Assembly (NCBI GenBank): GCA_964016885.1
Contig: OZ024740.1
Span: forward strand, 278,008,001-278,072,000
Direction of reading: 5' to 3'
DNA from: Eledone cirrhosa
Taxonomy: Eukaryota
DNA length: 64,000 nt
Made by a program: the position numbers and the translations under genes. The notes under the pieces are model-generated. The model ran no database searches. It saw only the letters and a program-made list of their open reading frames with translations, and was not told the origin of the DNA. Shown here one piece after another: positions 1 through 12,140 of this stretch; the first letter of the stretch is position 1; the number at the start of each line of letters is the position of its first letter.

Positions 1-745
1 AAATCTAGTATAGTTTATTTTATTAAAGTAAGTTTGGCAAAATTATATTTATTAATAGTTGTAAATCAAAACTTAAACATCCAAATAATTCCAAATTTAT
101 GAAAATTTACGAGACTTTACAAAGGAATAACTACTTAATTATATTATAAAAACAGTGAGGAAGTATAAAGGAAGTTAGAAGTGATTTTTTTAAGAACTCA
201 AATGACTCCAAGGATACATAAAAAAATATTAAATTAAATATTAAATTAAATTTTTAATATTAAGGTAAATTTTAATCTTTAATTTTGATTTTTAATTTTT
301 TCAGCTTATTATAAATATTATAATCACAACGTAATGAACCATACATTCTAAATATTCTTCTTCAACGTTAATCTTATTTCTTCTTTCACTTCTTCTTTCA
401 CTTAGATATATTTACGCTCTATATTCTTCCATTAATATTTATTTCTTCCTTCACTCTTGACTATCTTCACTATCACTATGTATAATCGTTTTTTCTTTCC
501 TCTTCTCTCTTTCTCCTTCCTTTTCTTTTTCTTTTTCTTTTCTCTCTCCCTTACATATCATCTTCTTCAAACAGTTTAATTTAAATAAACCGTTATCTTT
601 TCAACTTTTCTGACACTCATTTGCATACTCACTCATAACTTTGTATTACCCACAATAAAATATTATCTCCACTATCCAGGAAGCTCCAACCGTTAAGGTT
701 GTCTTTTTTCCGGGTATGTCAATATTTATTTATAAAACAAATCTG

Positions 746-811
746 TATTTTATCTGATGAAAGCGCACCATAATTTGCCTTGGTTGCCCTTGAAATATAT
801 ATAATAAAATA
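746..811 (+). ncRNA. Type I hammerhead ribozyme (family A)
   Basis: tattttat-CTGATGA-aagcgcacca..tggttgccctt-GAAA-tatata-TA-ataaaata. Confidence 0.8.
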
Positions 812-937
812 ATATGGTTTTATAAATATAGTTTCCATTTTTTCATATATTGTGTATTTACTCCACTAATTGAGTGCTTTATATCAGTTATAAAAATGTT
901 TAAGCTTGTTGAATCCCAACAAATTAAATATAACCTC

Positions 938-998
<61 letters not shown>

Positions 999-1261
999 GG
1001 AAAAAATGAAACGATATTTCATTTCCCACTCTTAGTACGGCTGTTACTTAAATATAAGTATGTACACGTACATACATATATGTATACCGACGTACAGTAG
1101 TATGTATATATATATATACATACATACACACATATATATATGCACGTATGGATTCACCGAACAGTTATTATAATGCTCGGTGTGTTTGTAAACAAACATC
1201 CCGTATTAAGCCGTAGTGTCTAGCAACCACCGTTGCTCGTTTGTTCAACACTGACAAAGGA

Positions 1262-1304
1262 ACGCTGTACTAGTTTCAAGCTTGTTAGCTATCGTCAGCA
1301 GCGT
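1262..1304 (-). ncRNA. Minimal type I hammerhead ribozyme (family B)
   Basis: Reverse complement reads acgctg-CTGACGA-tagctaacaagctt-GAAAC-ta-GTA-cagcgt. Confidence 0.85.
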
Positions 1305-1671
1305 ATACCTTCCTGCCAGATTGTTGAACGTATATACTTACCTTATGCATATTAACGGCTGAGTAGTCCAATTTGCATATCGAGTGGGTTAATCGGCCGG
1401 GTGCACCGAAAACGATAAACGGAAAAAATGAAACGATATTTCATTTCCCACTCTTAGTACGGCTGTTACTTAAATATAAGTATGTACACGTACATACATA
1501 TATGTATACCGACGTACAGTAGTATGTATATATATATATATATACATACATGCACACATATATATGCACGTATGGATATATATGCACGTATGGATATATG
1601 CACACATATATATATGCACGTTAATATGCATAAGGTAAGTATATACGTTCAACAATCTGGCAGGAAGGTAT

Positions 1672-1714
1672 ACGCTGCTGACGATAGCTAACAAGCTTGA
1701 AACTAATACAGCGT
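1672..1714 (+). ncRNA. Hammerhead family B, inverted copy
   Basis: acgctg-CTGACGA-tagctaacaagctt-GAAAC-ta-ATA-cagcgt, with one stem III mismatch. Confidence 0.7.
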
Positions 1715-1916
1715 TCCTTTGTCAGTGTTGAACAAACGAGCAACGGTGGTTTATAGACACTACGGCTTAATACGGGATGTTTGTTTACAAACACACCGAG
1801 CATTATAATAAATGTTCGGTGAATCCATACGTGCATATATATATGTGTGCATGTATGTATATATATACATACTACTGTACGTCGTCGGTATACATATATG
1901 TATGTACGTGTACATA

Positions 1917-1984
<68 letters not shown>

Positions 1985-2959
1985 AAAAAAGGAAAAATAT
2001 ATTTTTCTTCCTAATAATCGTCTCTTTCTCCCTGTTTTCATATATATATATCTATATATATATATATATATTTATTAAAATAACAGATTGAAGTTTAAGC
2101 AAAGAATCGCTGCTTTCACCCTTAACGGGATCTTCTGAAACTAACAAAGTCAATCTGTAAACGCAGAACTGGATATTTCAAAAAACGTTGCAACCGGAGG
2201 AAGACAGGAAGACGATACTTTGGTTCGTAGTAACGTTCGCTGGCAAAGAACGGGAAAAAACGAATAATACGTCATTAATAGGAGCGGTGAAAAACAATTA
2301 CGCGCAAAGACAAAACCACGTTTATGGTATAAAAGAGGTCGTAGATTAATGTTCTCTTAGGTGGTGCATAGAGTAATAAGTGATATTAATATGTTATTTT
2401 AATAAATATTTGCTCTACGGTTCTTATATATTTGATATATATTTTCCTTATCGAGCCCTCTTTGGATTTTAGTCTTCAATTTTATTATTATTACTATATA
2501 TATATATATATATATATATACGCATAAATACACACACACACATAAATACATATATACACACACATACATAAACAAATACACACACACATAGATACACATA
2601 CACATACATAGAAATATATACACACAAGTGTATATACAATATGAACATATACACAGATAAGTATATACATACAAATATATATACACACACATATATATAC
2701 ATATATATATGCTCTCTTTGGTAATAAATAATCCCAATCTTGACCACATCTACACAATGCCTAAGGCTGTCACCTTGAGAGTAAACAGTATAATAAAACC
2801 CTTACCACAACATTTGATTAAACTATCTGTATTCTTCAACCCACTCTCTCCCACTTCTCCAACCCTACATGTCTCTCTCTCCTTCTTTCTCTCATCCTTT
2901 CTACTCCATCTTCTCCAATAACTTCCTTTAAGAAATACAAGAGTATTTACATTTTAACC

Positions 2960-3088
2960 ATTCTTCTCTGAGGAAACGGTAGTTGCAGCATTTGAAAATT
3001 GAGTTTCTGCAATCAAATAATCACCAATTTGCACATAGCATGACTAGGCTGTATAACTACTGTTGAAACATTTGTAAGCACTCGGAAT
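2960..3088 (+). ncRNA. Hammerhead-like motif with a long stem II
   Basis: CTGAGGA-aacggtagtt...aactactgtt-GAAAC-attt-GTA; stem I is weak. Confidence 0.55.
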
Positions 3089-3288
3089 AAATTACCTTTT
3101 TATGATGTCTACCTGTTATTATTCATTCTTTATATACACTCCGGAATACAGAAGGATCAGAAACTGAGTTTTTCCAACTATTCTTCCATAACTCGTTGAG
3201 TAACCCCTCACCGTACGTCGACTCTATCTAGTGTAGTAATTAACCATTACTGCATTCAGGATAATCCTAAGCATTTCTTGCATAACCT

Positions 3289-3316
<28 letters not shown>

Positions 3317-3319
<3 letters not shown>

Positions 3320-3681
3320 GTAATACTAAATCCGTTGTGTATGAGGCCAAATCGACACCGTTGATTAGCAAGCAGCTAGCCAAGAGCGAACGATATGTTG
3401 GCATGACTCAGGATAGGTTCAAAACCAAGTTTTATGCACATGTCGCTTCTTTTAAACACTCTGATAAAAGAACAGCAACGGCTCTCGCAAATAAAGTGTG
3501 GGAATTCAAAGACAAAAACATCCCGTACACTATCGATTGGTCTATTTTGGACCATTCTAGAGAATACCAAAGGGGCTCAAAGAATTGCTCTTTGTGCACC
3601 AGGGAAAAATTTAGAATTCTCCAAAATTTGAAAGCCACTTCCACTTGCCTTAACTCCAAGACCGAGATCTTCAGCTGTTGT
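3317..3681 (+). pseudogene. PLE GIY-YIG endonuclease fragment
   Basis: VYEAK...YVGMT..FK..H...TALANKVWEFKD...CSLCTREK...LNSKTEIFSCC; homologous to 18560-18944. Confidence 0.85.
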
Positions 3682-4254
3682 ATATTTTACATAATAATTG
3701 TTATAGTTGAATTAATAAAAATTAAATATTACATACAAATAGTCTAACATAATAATAATAAAATAATCTAAAATAAAACGAACAATAATATGGACAAATA
3801 TACAAGTAAATATGATACAACCAATATTATAAGCATGTTATAACGAACTGAAAAAAAATAGTTAATATAAATTTAAAAAATCATATATAAATTAACAATA
3901 TAATTTACCAAAACGAGAAAAATATTTTGATGATAAAAAACGACGAAATACAGGGGGAAGTTTCGAAAGCGAAACGATAAATAAACGTGCAAACAAAGTG
4001 GCGGATGCTTTTGAGCAACAATTACTCCCATTGGTTGATTAGCCAATAAGACGATACATTACAAAAGATGTTTTGGCAGGGATCACCACGGCCAGCGAAA
4101 CCCCTTGAATTTTTTATTCACAAGCTACGCATATATGTCAGACATGCAGACTTAAAACATTCTGTTGTTAGTCACTGCATGTCTAACAGATATATACATA
4201 ACTGCATGTATGTGTATATACATACACGTATATGTATGCATATATACATGCACA

Positions 4255-4286
<32 letters not shown>

Positions 4287-5533
4287 CACGTGTGTTTGTA
4301 TGTTTGTGTATGGTGTGTTCGTCTGTATATATATATGCATGCGAATTTTACAAATTATGTGTATATGTATATATGCATGAATTATAAATATATGCATGTG
4401 GGTTTTACAACATTCAAAGCCAATAAAATGCTAGAATGATCACTGCAAGTCAGAAGTTACACCGACATGTTCCCAAAGCTATGGTCAATGTTAATTTGCA
4501 CAATTCAAAATATTGGCTTCCACACAAAATCCTTCATTACCAAAAATATTCCAAAATTTCCTAGAAGACAGCGTAACAGCACAATGTTTGTATCTGCCAT
4601 AATTGTCATACCATGCCTGATTTTCTAGAAAAGACAGCTAGATTTCCCTCAAACTCCACTCTGTCATTTTTATATAATGACAGGACACATTAAATCAATG
4701 TTTCCCAAAGTACGTTTCGCGAAAATATTCTGGAGTTCTACAAGATAAATTGTCGTTTAATAAAATGTAATAATAAAAACTATATGTTTATTATTTTAAT
4801 CGATAAATTCCTTCTCTAAAGTAATTCGAATTTCATTTAACGTCTTATAAAAATCAGGGTGATGGTGTATGTTCATAAAATATAGCTATGCACTTTTCGC
4901 TTAAGAGTAACAACATAAGCTGGGTTGCTACTGCAGTTTATAATGCGGTATTCCGTATGCTAAACACAGCGGGTTGAAGCAATTTCCTCAAACTAACGAA
5001 TTTGTATAGGTTTATATATTTAAATATACTTGATGTGAAGGAGTTTGAAAGTGCTTGACTATACATTCCCTATATAACATATAGACACTTTGCAGTGCAG
5101 ATACAAATACTTGGGATATGAGTTCAGGTATATGTATAGCGGTAATGATGTTTTAGAGTCACTTCATAAACAGGTTTCTTGTTTGCTGTGTTAAACTGTT
5201 AAACTTCAGTTGTAAACAAAAGACGCTCCTCAACTTCAAACAGAATTCACTCGTTCTTAAAATTGATTATGGCTGAAGAACTTGTACTGAAAAACATTTA
5301 CACCTCGGTGTTTCAACGGCAAGATATTAGAGAAATGTACTTGCTCATAACAATGTATGGGTTTTTTAATTTTTAATTTATTATGTGATATTGCAATGTG
5401 TGCATTCCTGATTCTTCTATATAAAGATCTTTCAAATGATTTTATAGAAATGCACAAATTAAGAAACAAACCTGATGACTTTACTATGAGTCTATAGGAC
5501 TCACTCAGTAAGTATAGCTACGTATCAAAGTAT

Positions 5534-5932
5534 TGTATTCGTGAGTGAATAATAACAATAATTATTAATATTCGGTTCGTTTGCAAGCTAAAATGCTTCA
5601 TAACACAATGTGTGTTTGCTAGATGAATGATATCATCCTTTTGTTCCAGTGGCAGCAGAGAGAAAAACAGTCGACAATTGTTTCGCAACCCGCTGGACTT
5701 GTTGAGAATACATAGTATTCTCAAAGGTATACATCTGCTATTTAGCCTAATTTGCATACCGAGCGATTTTACGGCCGGTTTTGCCGAAAATAAAACTGCT
5801 TTCTCTCTGCTACCGCTGGAACAAAACTATGACGTCAGTCATCTAAAAAACACATATGGCATTATGAGGTTGTTTGCTTGCAAACGAACCAAAAATCAAT
5901 AATAATATTATTATTATTCAGTCACGAATACA
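5534..5932. mobile_element. MITE-like element with ~135-bp imperfect terminal inverted repeats
   Basis: tgtattcgtga.tgaataataa...gcagagagaaa is mirrored by tttctctctgc...ttattattca.tcacgaataca. Confidence 0.75.
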
Positions 5933-6571
5933 TTTAGGTTTCCACCATGTTAGACCGAAAACATATATTGTTTTGTATCTAAGTATTGTTTCTTAGTTAA
6001 ATAATTGTACATATGCTATAGATAACATGCCTATAATATAGTAGAACACCTTTGAACTTGTTTTCTCATAACCTTTTAATAATGTATGTCTCGATTAAAT
6101 TTTGGAGATATACATTTTCAAAGGCATAGAATTAGATTATACTGTTAAAAATAATATTTCATGCAATGTATAGTTGTTGAAATAACATTATGTTCATGTT
6201 GTTATGTCTATATGTCATGTAAGGTGAGTCGACATATTCAAAATATCTAAATTAGCCGTTGAAAACTATTTTCAAAATCTGTATAAAGAGATGGGTCGGG
6301 GAATGTTTCAATCCACGAAGCCCCGGCATAGCTGCTTTATTTTTCAACATTTCTACCTCTAAACGATACTAATCGAATAAATCGCCGTACAATGACAAGT
6401 CATCGTGTAATCGTGGTTTTGTACATAGAGATTTCTTCAATTGTATATCGATTACATTGTACTTAGATGTTTTAATTCTTCTATTGAATGTGATGATCTT
6501 AATTGTATGGTTGCTACAATTTGTAAAACATTGTTCTAAGCCCGAATAACATTGGTGCGTTAGAGTCACCA

Positions 6572-6609
<38 letters not shown>

Positions 6610-6612
<3 letters not shown>

Positions 6613-6992
6613 CAGAGAAGTTGTGGTAAGATACCAGGTGGACCATAACGCACCAGAGTACTCGATACTTAGGGCAGTAGAGTGGGTAATAGGAAAAGAG
6701 TCAGCACTCCGACGGCTGAGCTCCGTCAGTCCGGATCTGGCTGTCGAAACGGACGGAGCTCAACCGTCGGGGTCCTGACTCCTTTCCTATATATATATAT
6801 AATAAAGAAGGTGTGGTAAGGAACCAGATGGACCATAACGCACCAGAGTACTCAATACTTAAGGTAGTAGAGTGGGTAATAAGAAAATATTTATCCCCGA
6901 CGGCAGAGCTCAAGCCGTTTCGACGGCTATTTCTGGACTCCAGAAATAGCCGTCGAAACGGCTAGAGCTCTGCCGTCGGAGTTAAACATTTT
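6610..6992. repeat. Two fold-back insertions of one dispersed family (also 10300-10455 and 29546-29685)
   Basis: ggaccataacgcaccagagtactc.atactta.gg.agtagagtgggtaata is repeated. Hairpins lie at ~6707-6772 and ~6897-6979. Confidence 0.85.
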
Positions 6993-7014
6993 CATATATA
7001 TATATATATATATA

Positions 7015-7357
7015 TATATTAAGACAGGGGGGAAGAAAAAATAGCTTCACTTGTGCTTTCAACAAATTTATTTTCTTCACAAAATCCCAAAAGAATTTTT
7101 CTTAAAAAAAATTTTTTTTGACAAGCGCACCTCAGCGTGAAAGGTCTTTCTAAAAACGAAACAATACCTCCTACGTTAACCAAGAACTCCTAAGACCTAA
7201 CCAACAACCAACAACTTAATTTATAAAATAATTTTTTTTAAGAAAAATTCTTTTTGGATTTTGTGAAGAAAATAAATTTGTTGAAAGCACAAGTGAAGCC
7301 ATTTTTTCTTCCCCCCTGTCTTAATATACCTAACTGTACCAAGGATTACACACATTT

Positions 7358-7362
<5 letters not shown>
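7015..7362. repeat. Asymmetric fold-back between (TA)n tracts
   Basis: 7015-7117 is inverted at 7228-7328, followed by a ~34-nt unpaired extension. Confidence 0.85.
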
Positions 7363-7407
<45 letters not shown>

Positions 7408-7460
7408 GAATATGTGTAGATGTGTATAAATATATATATATACATACATACACTCGTGAG

Positions 7461-7785
7461 TGGAGGTACGTGACTCTGTGTTTAGAGTGTTCAACTCATG
7501 TTATAATCGTGAGGCCATGATTTCGATTCCCGGGGGTGCCTTGTACCATTGAGCAAGATATTTAATATCATATTGCTCCTGCCCAATCACCTGGCAATAA
7601 AATATTTTACTTGTAATTAAATGTGCCAGCCTTGCCAACAACATATATCACACGTAATCTCTCTGAGAACTATGTTAAGGGAACACGTGTCTGTTGAATG
7701 CTCGATCACTCGCGCCTCCATATCACCTGCATGTTCGTCCGTTGATTGTATCAACAGAAACCTACATCGTCAGAGATGAGGAAGA
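7461..7785 (+). mobile_element. Decayed tRNA-derived SINE
   Basis: A B-box-like ttcgattccc and a ttgagcaaga core motif are present. Related remnants lie at 13400-13540 and 14340-14520 on the minus strand. Confidence 0.55.
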
Positions 7786-10067
7786 TCTAACCCATATATA
7801 CACTCACACATATGTACGTATTCGTGTGCGTATATATGTAGATATATTGGTGTGTACGTGTGTATGTCTGTATGTAAGTACGTCTGTATATAACACTAAG
7901 CCACAGAAAGTGCCCTCTAGATAACGTTTTCTCGCGACCTCTTACGTCAAACTTGTAACGTTTATCAAGATTACCAAGATTAACCTACATAGATTGTTCC
8001 GAATTGTTCCGAATTGATATCTTACATTTTCGCCCATAATTCTGACATTATCGATTTAAACTTGACAGCAATATTTCTTATTCTGCCTAAGACAGAAACG
8101 TTACAGGTTTTTAACTTTCCATTGAAATGTAGAGCTGTCGTCAAACATTTCGTCTTTCAAATCATCATTTCTTCTTTATATTTTATCATCCGGTAATAGT
8201 TTAGCAGAAAATATCTTAAAATGGCTATGTCAATTCAAATATTTATGTATCTTTACTGCAGAATAGAACATTTGCAATATTAGAGTAAAACCTATTTAAT
8301 CTTTTGCAGTCATATTACTGTTTTACACTTTTCAGAATGTCTTGTTAATGTGGTTTCGTGTGGTTTATTTATTTTATATTTATTATTAACGGACAGATTG
8401 TAGTAGAATTTCGCAATAAATTAAGGAAAAGTATTTAATATTTATTGTGCTACAGTCATTATGTTGTTTTATAATGTTCAAGAAGGTCTTATTAATGTAA
8501 GGCGAGGAGCTTGAAGAAGCATTAAAATATCAGATTAAATATTGCACATTTGTTCCATCTTAATGTTCTCTGAATTCAAAATCACGCTCGGGTCAACTCT
8601 GCCTTTCATCTATTCGATGGCTATGTATAGAGTACCAGTTCAATACTGAGGATGGTTCTTCCTATATCTCTCTCTCTATGTCTCTCTCTCTCTCTCGTTC
8701 TCTGAAGGAATCCTTATCTGAAAGAGGTAAGGCTCTGTCAAATTTATTTTAAATGCCTAATATACAACTTATGTCATGAAGGCACTCCTAATACTATATC
8801 AGGAGTTATGGACACTGTCTATACCTTTTCGATGATAATGTAGTTTCATATTGTACAGGATGTTAAGTGTTAACTCTCAGCAGTATTAATGATGGCATTA
8901 TCTAATTCGTCCACTCCTTTTTAAGACAGTACGGGCTGTGACCTAAAAGAATTTGCCTACTATTTCTAGCAGTTCTAGTGATCACATTGGATCGTGCTGG
9001 TTGAGTTTGTGGTCGTGTTGATGCTGTTACTGCTTGTCCTCCTTTAACTCGGTGGGGGGGGGGGATACTATTTTTGATAGGTCCTTTATCAGTAGAAACA
9101 ATAAATATTTGCAAAAGCTGTTAATTGAATTTACATCCTTTTAACATTGAATTCGTCTAATCGAGGAATATATTCATTGAGCTGTACAATTAAATCGGAG
9201 TTGACTAAAATGTAAAACCGGTGTCGCTACGAAATAGGTAGAGGGAAAGAACGGCTATCAAATATAAGGAGATATAAAGAAAGTGTGTGAACATTTACCC
9301 TACATTAAAATTTCATAGCCTGCAAAACAGCATGCTTCATAATGCAAAGGAACGAAGTAAGCATGTTTATATATGTACAACCAAAAATCCTGTCCAGCCG
9401 GAGTACTATAAATGGCTCCAGAGTCTTGTACTGCGCTATTAAGTTCGGAAATATTTTTTGTAACTACCCGAACGATAAACTTCAGAAGGCAGATATTTAT
9501 CCGTCTCCGTTCCCTAAGTGTACTCTACAACTATTTTGAACTCAGTCAGAATTAGAACTACGGTCGGTCTGAAATAGATAAATTGAAATAAATAAATTGA
9601 AGAATAAATCCATATACAAGTGACATTCTAAAACAAAAAGTGAATGAAAAAGTAAAAAGATAAAATAAAATAAAATATCATCGATACGTTTGGATCTTCA
9701 GAAACATAAAATCTCTAAATCTACATCAAATGTATGTTTTCATATTATCTACTAATATAATAGCCTTGTGCATTTGTTCTCTGAATTCAAAACACATTAG
9801 AGATGACTGAGGAAGCAAAGGGGGATTATGTTGACTGAAGAAGGAAGGGTTGATTACGTCGACTAACGAAGGTGTGTCTAATACACACACATCTAAGTGA
9901 TGACTGTGGAAGGTGGGGTGAAAAAGTATAGAGTCCAGCGTTCTAAGATTCGTCACAGCTGTGTGTTTGTATCACTTGTGTGAGTGAGCGCGAAGGAACC
10001 AACCAACTAATCGGTCAACCAACTAACAAACATCTCTTTTTTATATTATGTCTATATATTACAATTA

Positions 10068-10100
10068 GCCGTCATTTTTGACGGCACGGGGTCAGCTAGT
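10068..10100 (+). mobile_element. Helitron-like 3' terminus
   Basis: A gccgtca-ttt-tgacggc hairpin lies ~10 nt before CTAG|T. Confidence 0.5.
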
Positions 10101-10123
10101 CGTAAATATTATTCTTATATGTA

Positions 10124-10160
<37 letters not shown>

Positions 10161-10254
10161 TGTTGTAGTTAGTATTTTTTCACCCTAGCTAACCTAGTCC
10201 TTCCGATTCGATCACATGTATGTTTATATTACTGTTCATCTCTCTTGTTTATTC

Positions 10255-10303
<49 letters not shown>

Positions 10304-10717
10304 AACGAGTAGGACCCCGACGGCTGAGCTCAAGCCGTTTCGACGGCTAGCCGTCGGGGTTCTACTCGTTCCTATTACCCACTCTACTACCCTAAGTTTT
10401 GAGTACTTTGGTGCGTTATGGTCCACCTGGTTCTCCTTACCACATTTCCTTCGTTATATATATATATATATATATATATGAATATATATGTATATATATA
10501 TATATATATATTCTTATATGTATATATGTGTGTGTGTTGTGTGTGTGCGCGTTGTGTGTGTGTGTGCGCGTGTGAGTGTGTGTGTGTAAATAGGGAGACT
10601 CAAAGCAGGCTTTGTTTACAAACGGCTAGCGAATTTGAAAATTAGGTAGTAACATGTGTTTACACCGTATTTGACTAGGGTTATATAGCTTCAAATTGAA
10701 CGGTAGGAAATGTGGAT

Positions 10718-10788
10718 GTCGTGTTGGTGTAATGGTAACACATTGGGCTGGCAAACCATAGATGTGTGTTCGTTTCCCATGTACGTCA
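10718..10788 (+). pseudogene. tRNA-like sequence (pseudo-tRNA or SINE head)
   Basis: A perfect D-arm GTGT-AATGGTA-ACAC and a GTTCG T-loop, but poor acceptor and anticodon stems. A T-run follows at 10799-10805. Confidence 0.5.
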
Positions 10789-12023
10789 ATACTCATCCTT
10801 TTTTTATTTCCATTCAGAGATTTTCTTCCTTAAATCCCAACTAACAGACTAATTCTATGTAGTCAAATACGGCGTAACAACATGTTACTACTTTATATAT
10901 ATATATATATATATATACCTTCAAATTTGTAGTGGCTTTAAAGGAAAATACACAGACACAGGTGTATATATATATATATATATATATATACCAAGTTAAC
11001 CGGTATATATATATATATTATAAATTTGAAGCTGGTCTTTCATCCTCGAAGGCTTCAGTGCATCATTGCTAAACCTCTTTGAACATAACAATCAAATGTA
11101 TTTACACGAAAGCATAATACCAAATCTGAACTATTTCTGTAAATATTATTCAAATGTTTCCAATATTTTCATATATAGATAGTCTTGGGATTTTATTTTC
11201 ACCGGTAAATTACTTATGGGTGCTCATTTCTATTCATTTTTAAATGACAGATATTTTGGGGTCTCGAATAATCGTCCCCTCCTCTCTTATTAATTTTTCA
11301 GATTTTTTCCACCACCATTTCCCTTTTCTTATTCCATACACCCCACACACCCACTTATTGAATTTTGGTAATCTAACTTCGGCGAAACTTTATTCTAAAT
11401 TAATTTTATTTATACATTAAAAAACATTATACATGACATAACAATATATAACTTGAAATCCCATACGTTATAAATAGAATGGTTTTTAAAAAAAATCAAT
11501 GGTGACAACATAGAAAAATTACCAATTTCTCACCACTCCCCTTCCACTTATTCAACCCCCCACCCCCACCCCCCAAAAATGATTTACGAACCGAGAGTAA
11601 GTGATGAAACAGCAGAATCGCCAATTGCGTAAAATAATATGCCATACATCTTATATGTTTAGGCTGCCTACGCTGATGTCAATCCTACTGAGGTCAAGTT
11701 CACATTTTCTTCTTTCGGGACCACTTTCATCCATTTATAACTACTCAGGCTGCAATCAATCACAGATACTTCTCAACTTGAATATACCGGTTAACTTGGT
11801 ATATATATATATACTGTATATATATATATATATATATATCTGTCGTATTTTCACGTCTATGTACCCAATATGCGTATTTATACACACATTTACACAGTCT
11901 CGGTAAAACTCTATACAATGTATTTACAGATATAAATTAAATATATATATAAATGTGTGTGTGTGCTTTCTTTTCAGATTGTCCAACTGACGAAAAATAA
12001 GTTTGTGTACAACTCCAGGTAGA

Positions 12024-12140
12024 AGGAGCAACGTGAAATAAAGTGTCTTGCCCAAGTACATAACTCATCGCCTGGTCCGAGAATCGAACTCACAACCTCA
12101 CGATTGTGAATCCAATTCTCTAACTACTCAGCCACACGCA
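12024..12140 (-). mobile_element. tRNA-derived SINE head
   Basis: The reverse complement has an A box (tggctgagtagttag) and a B box (gttcgattc), followed by gcaagacactttatttcacgttgctcc. Confidence 0.75.

Larger units (their letters stand above)
995..1920. repeat. Family B pseudo-LTR: one unit, a partial direct repeat and an inverted copy
   Basis: 995-1416 restarts at 1417, and 1620-1920 is the reverse complement of ~1056-1357. It is flanked by (TA)n. Confidence 0.85.

Noticed and set aside
2095-2150. Minus-strand hammerhead (cagaaga-tccc gttaa gggt-gaaagc)
   Set aside because: The core is mutated and there is no convincing stem I or III.
10718-10788. Functional tRNA-Ala(GGC)
   Set aside because: The acceptor, anticodon and T stems have multiple mismatches, and a GGC anticodon is atypical in eukaryotes.
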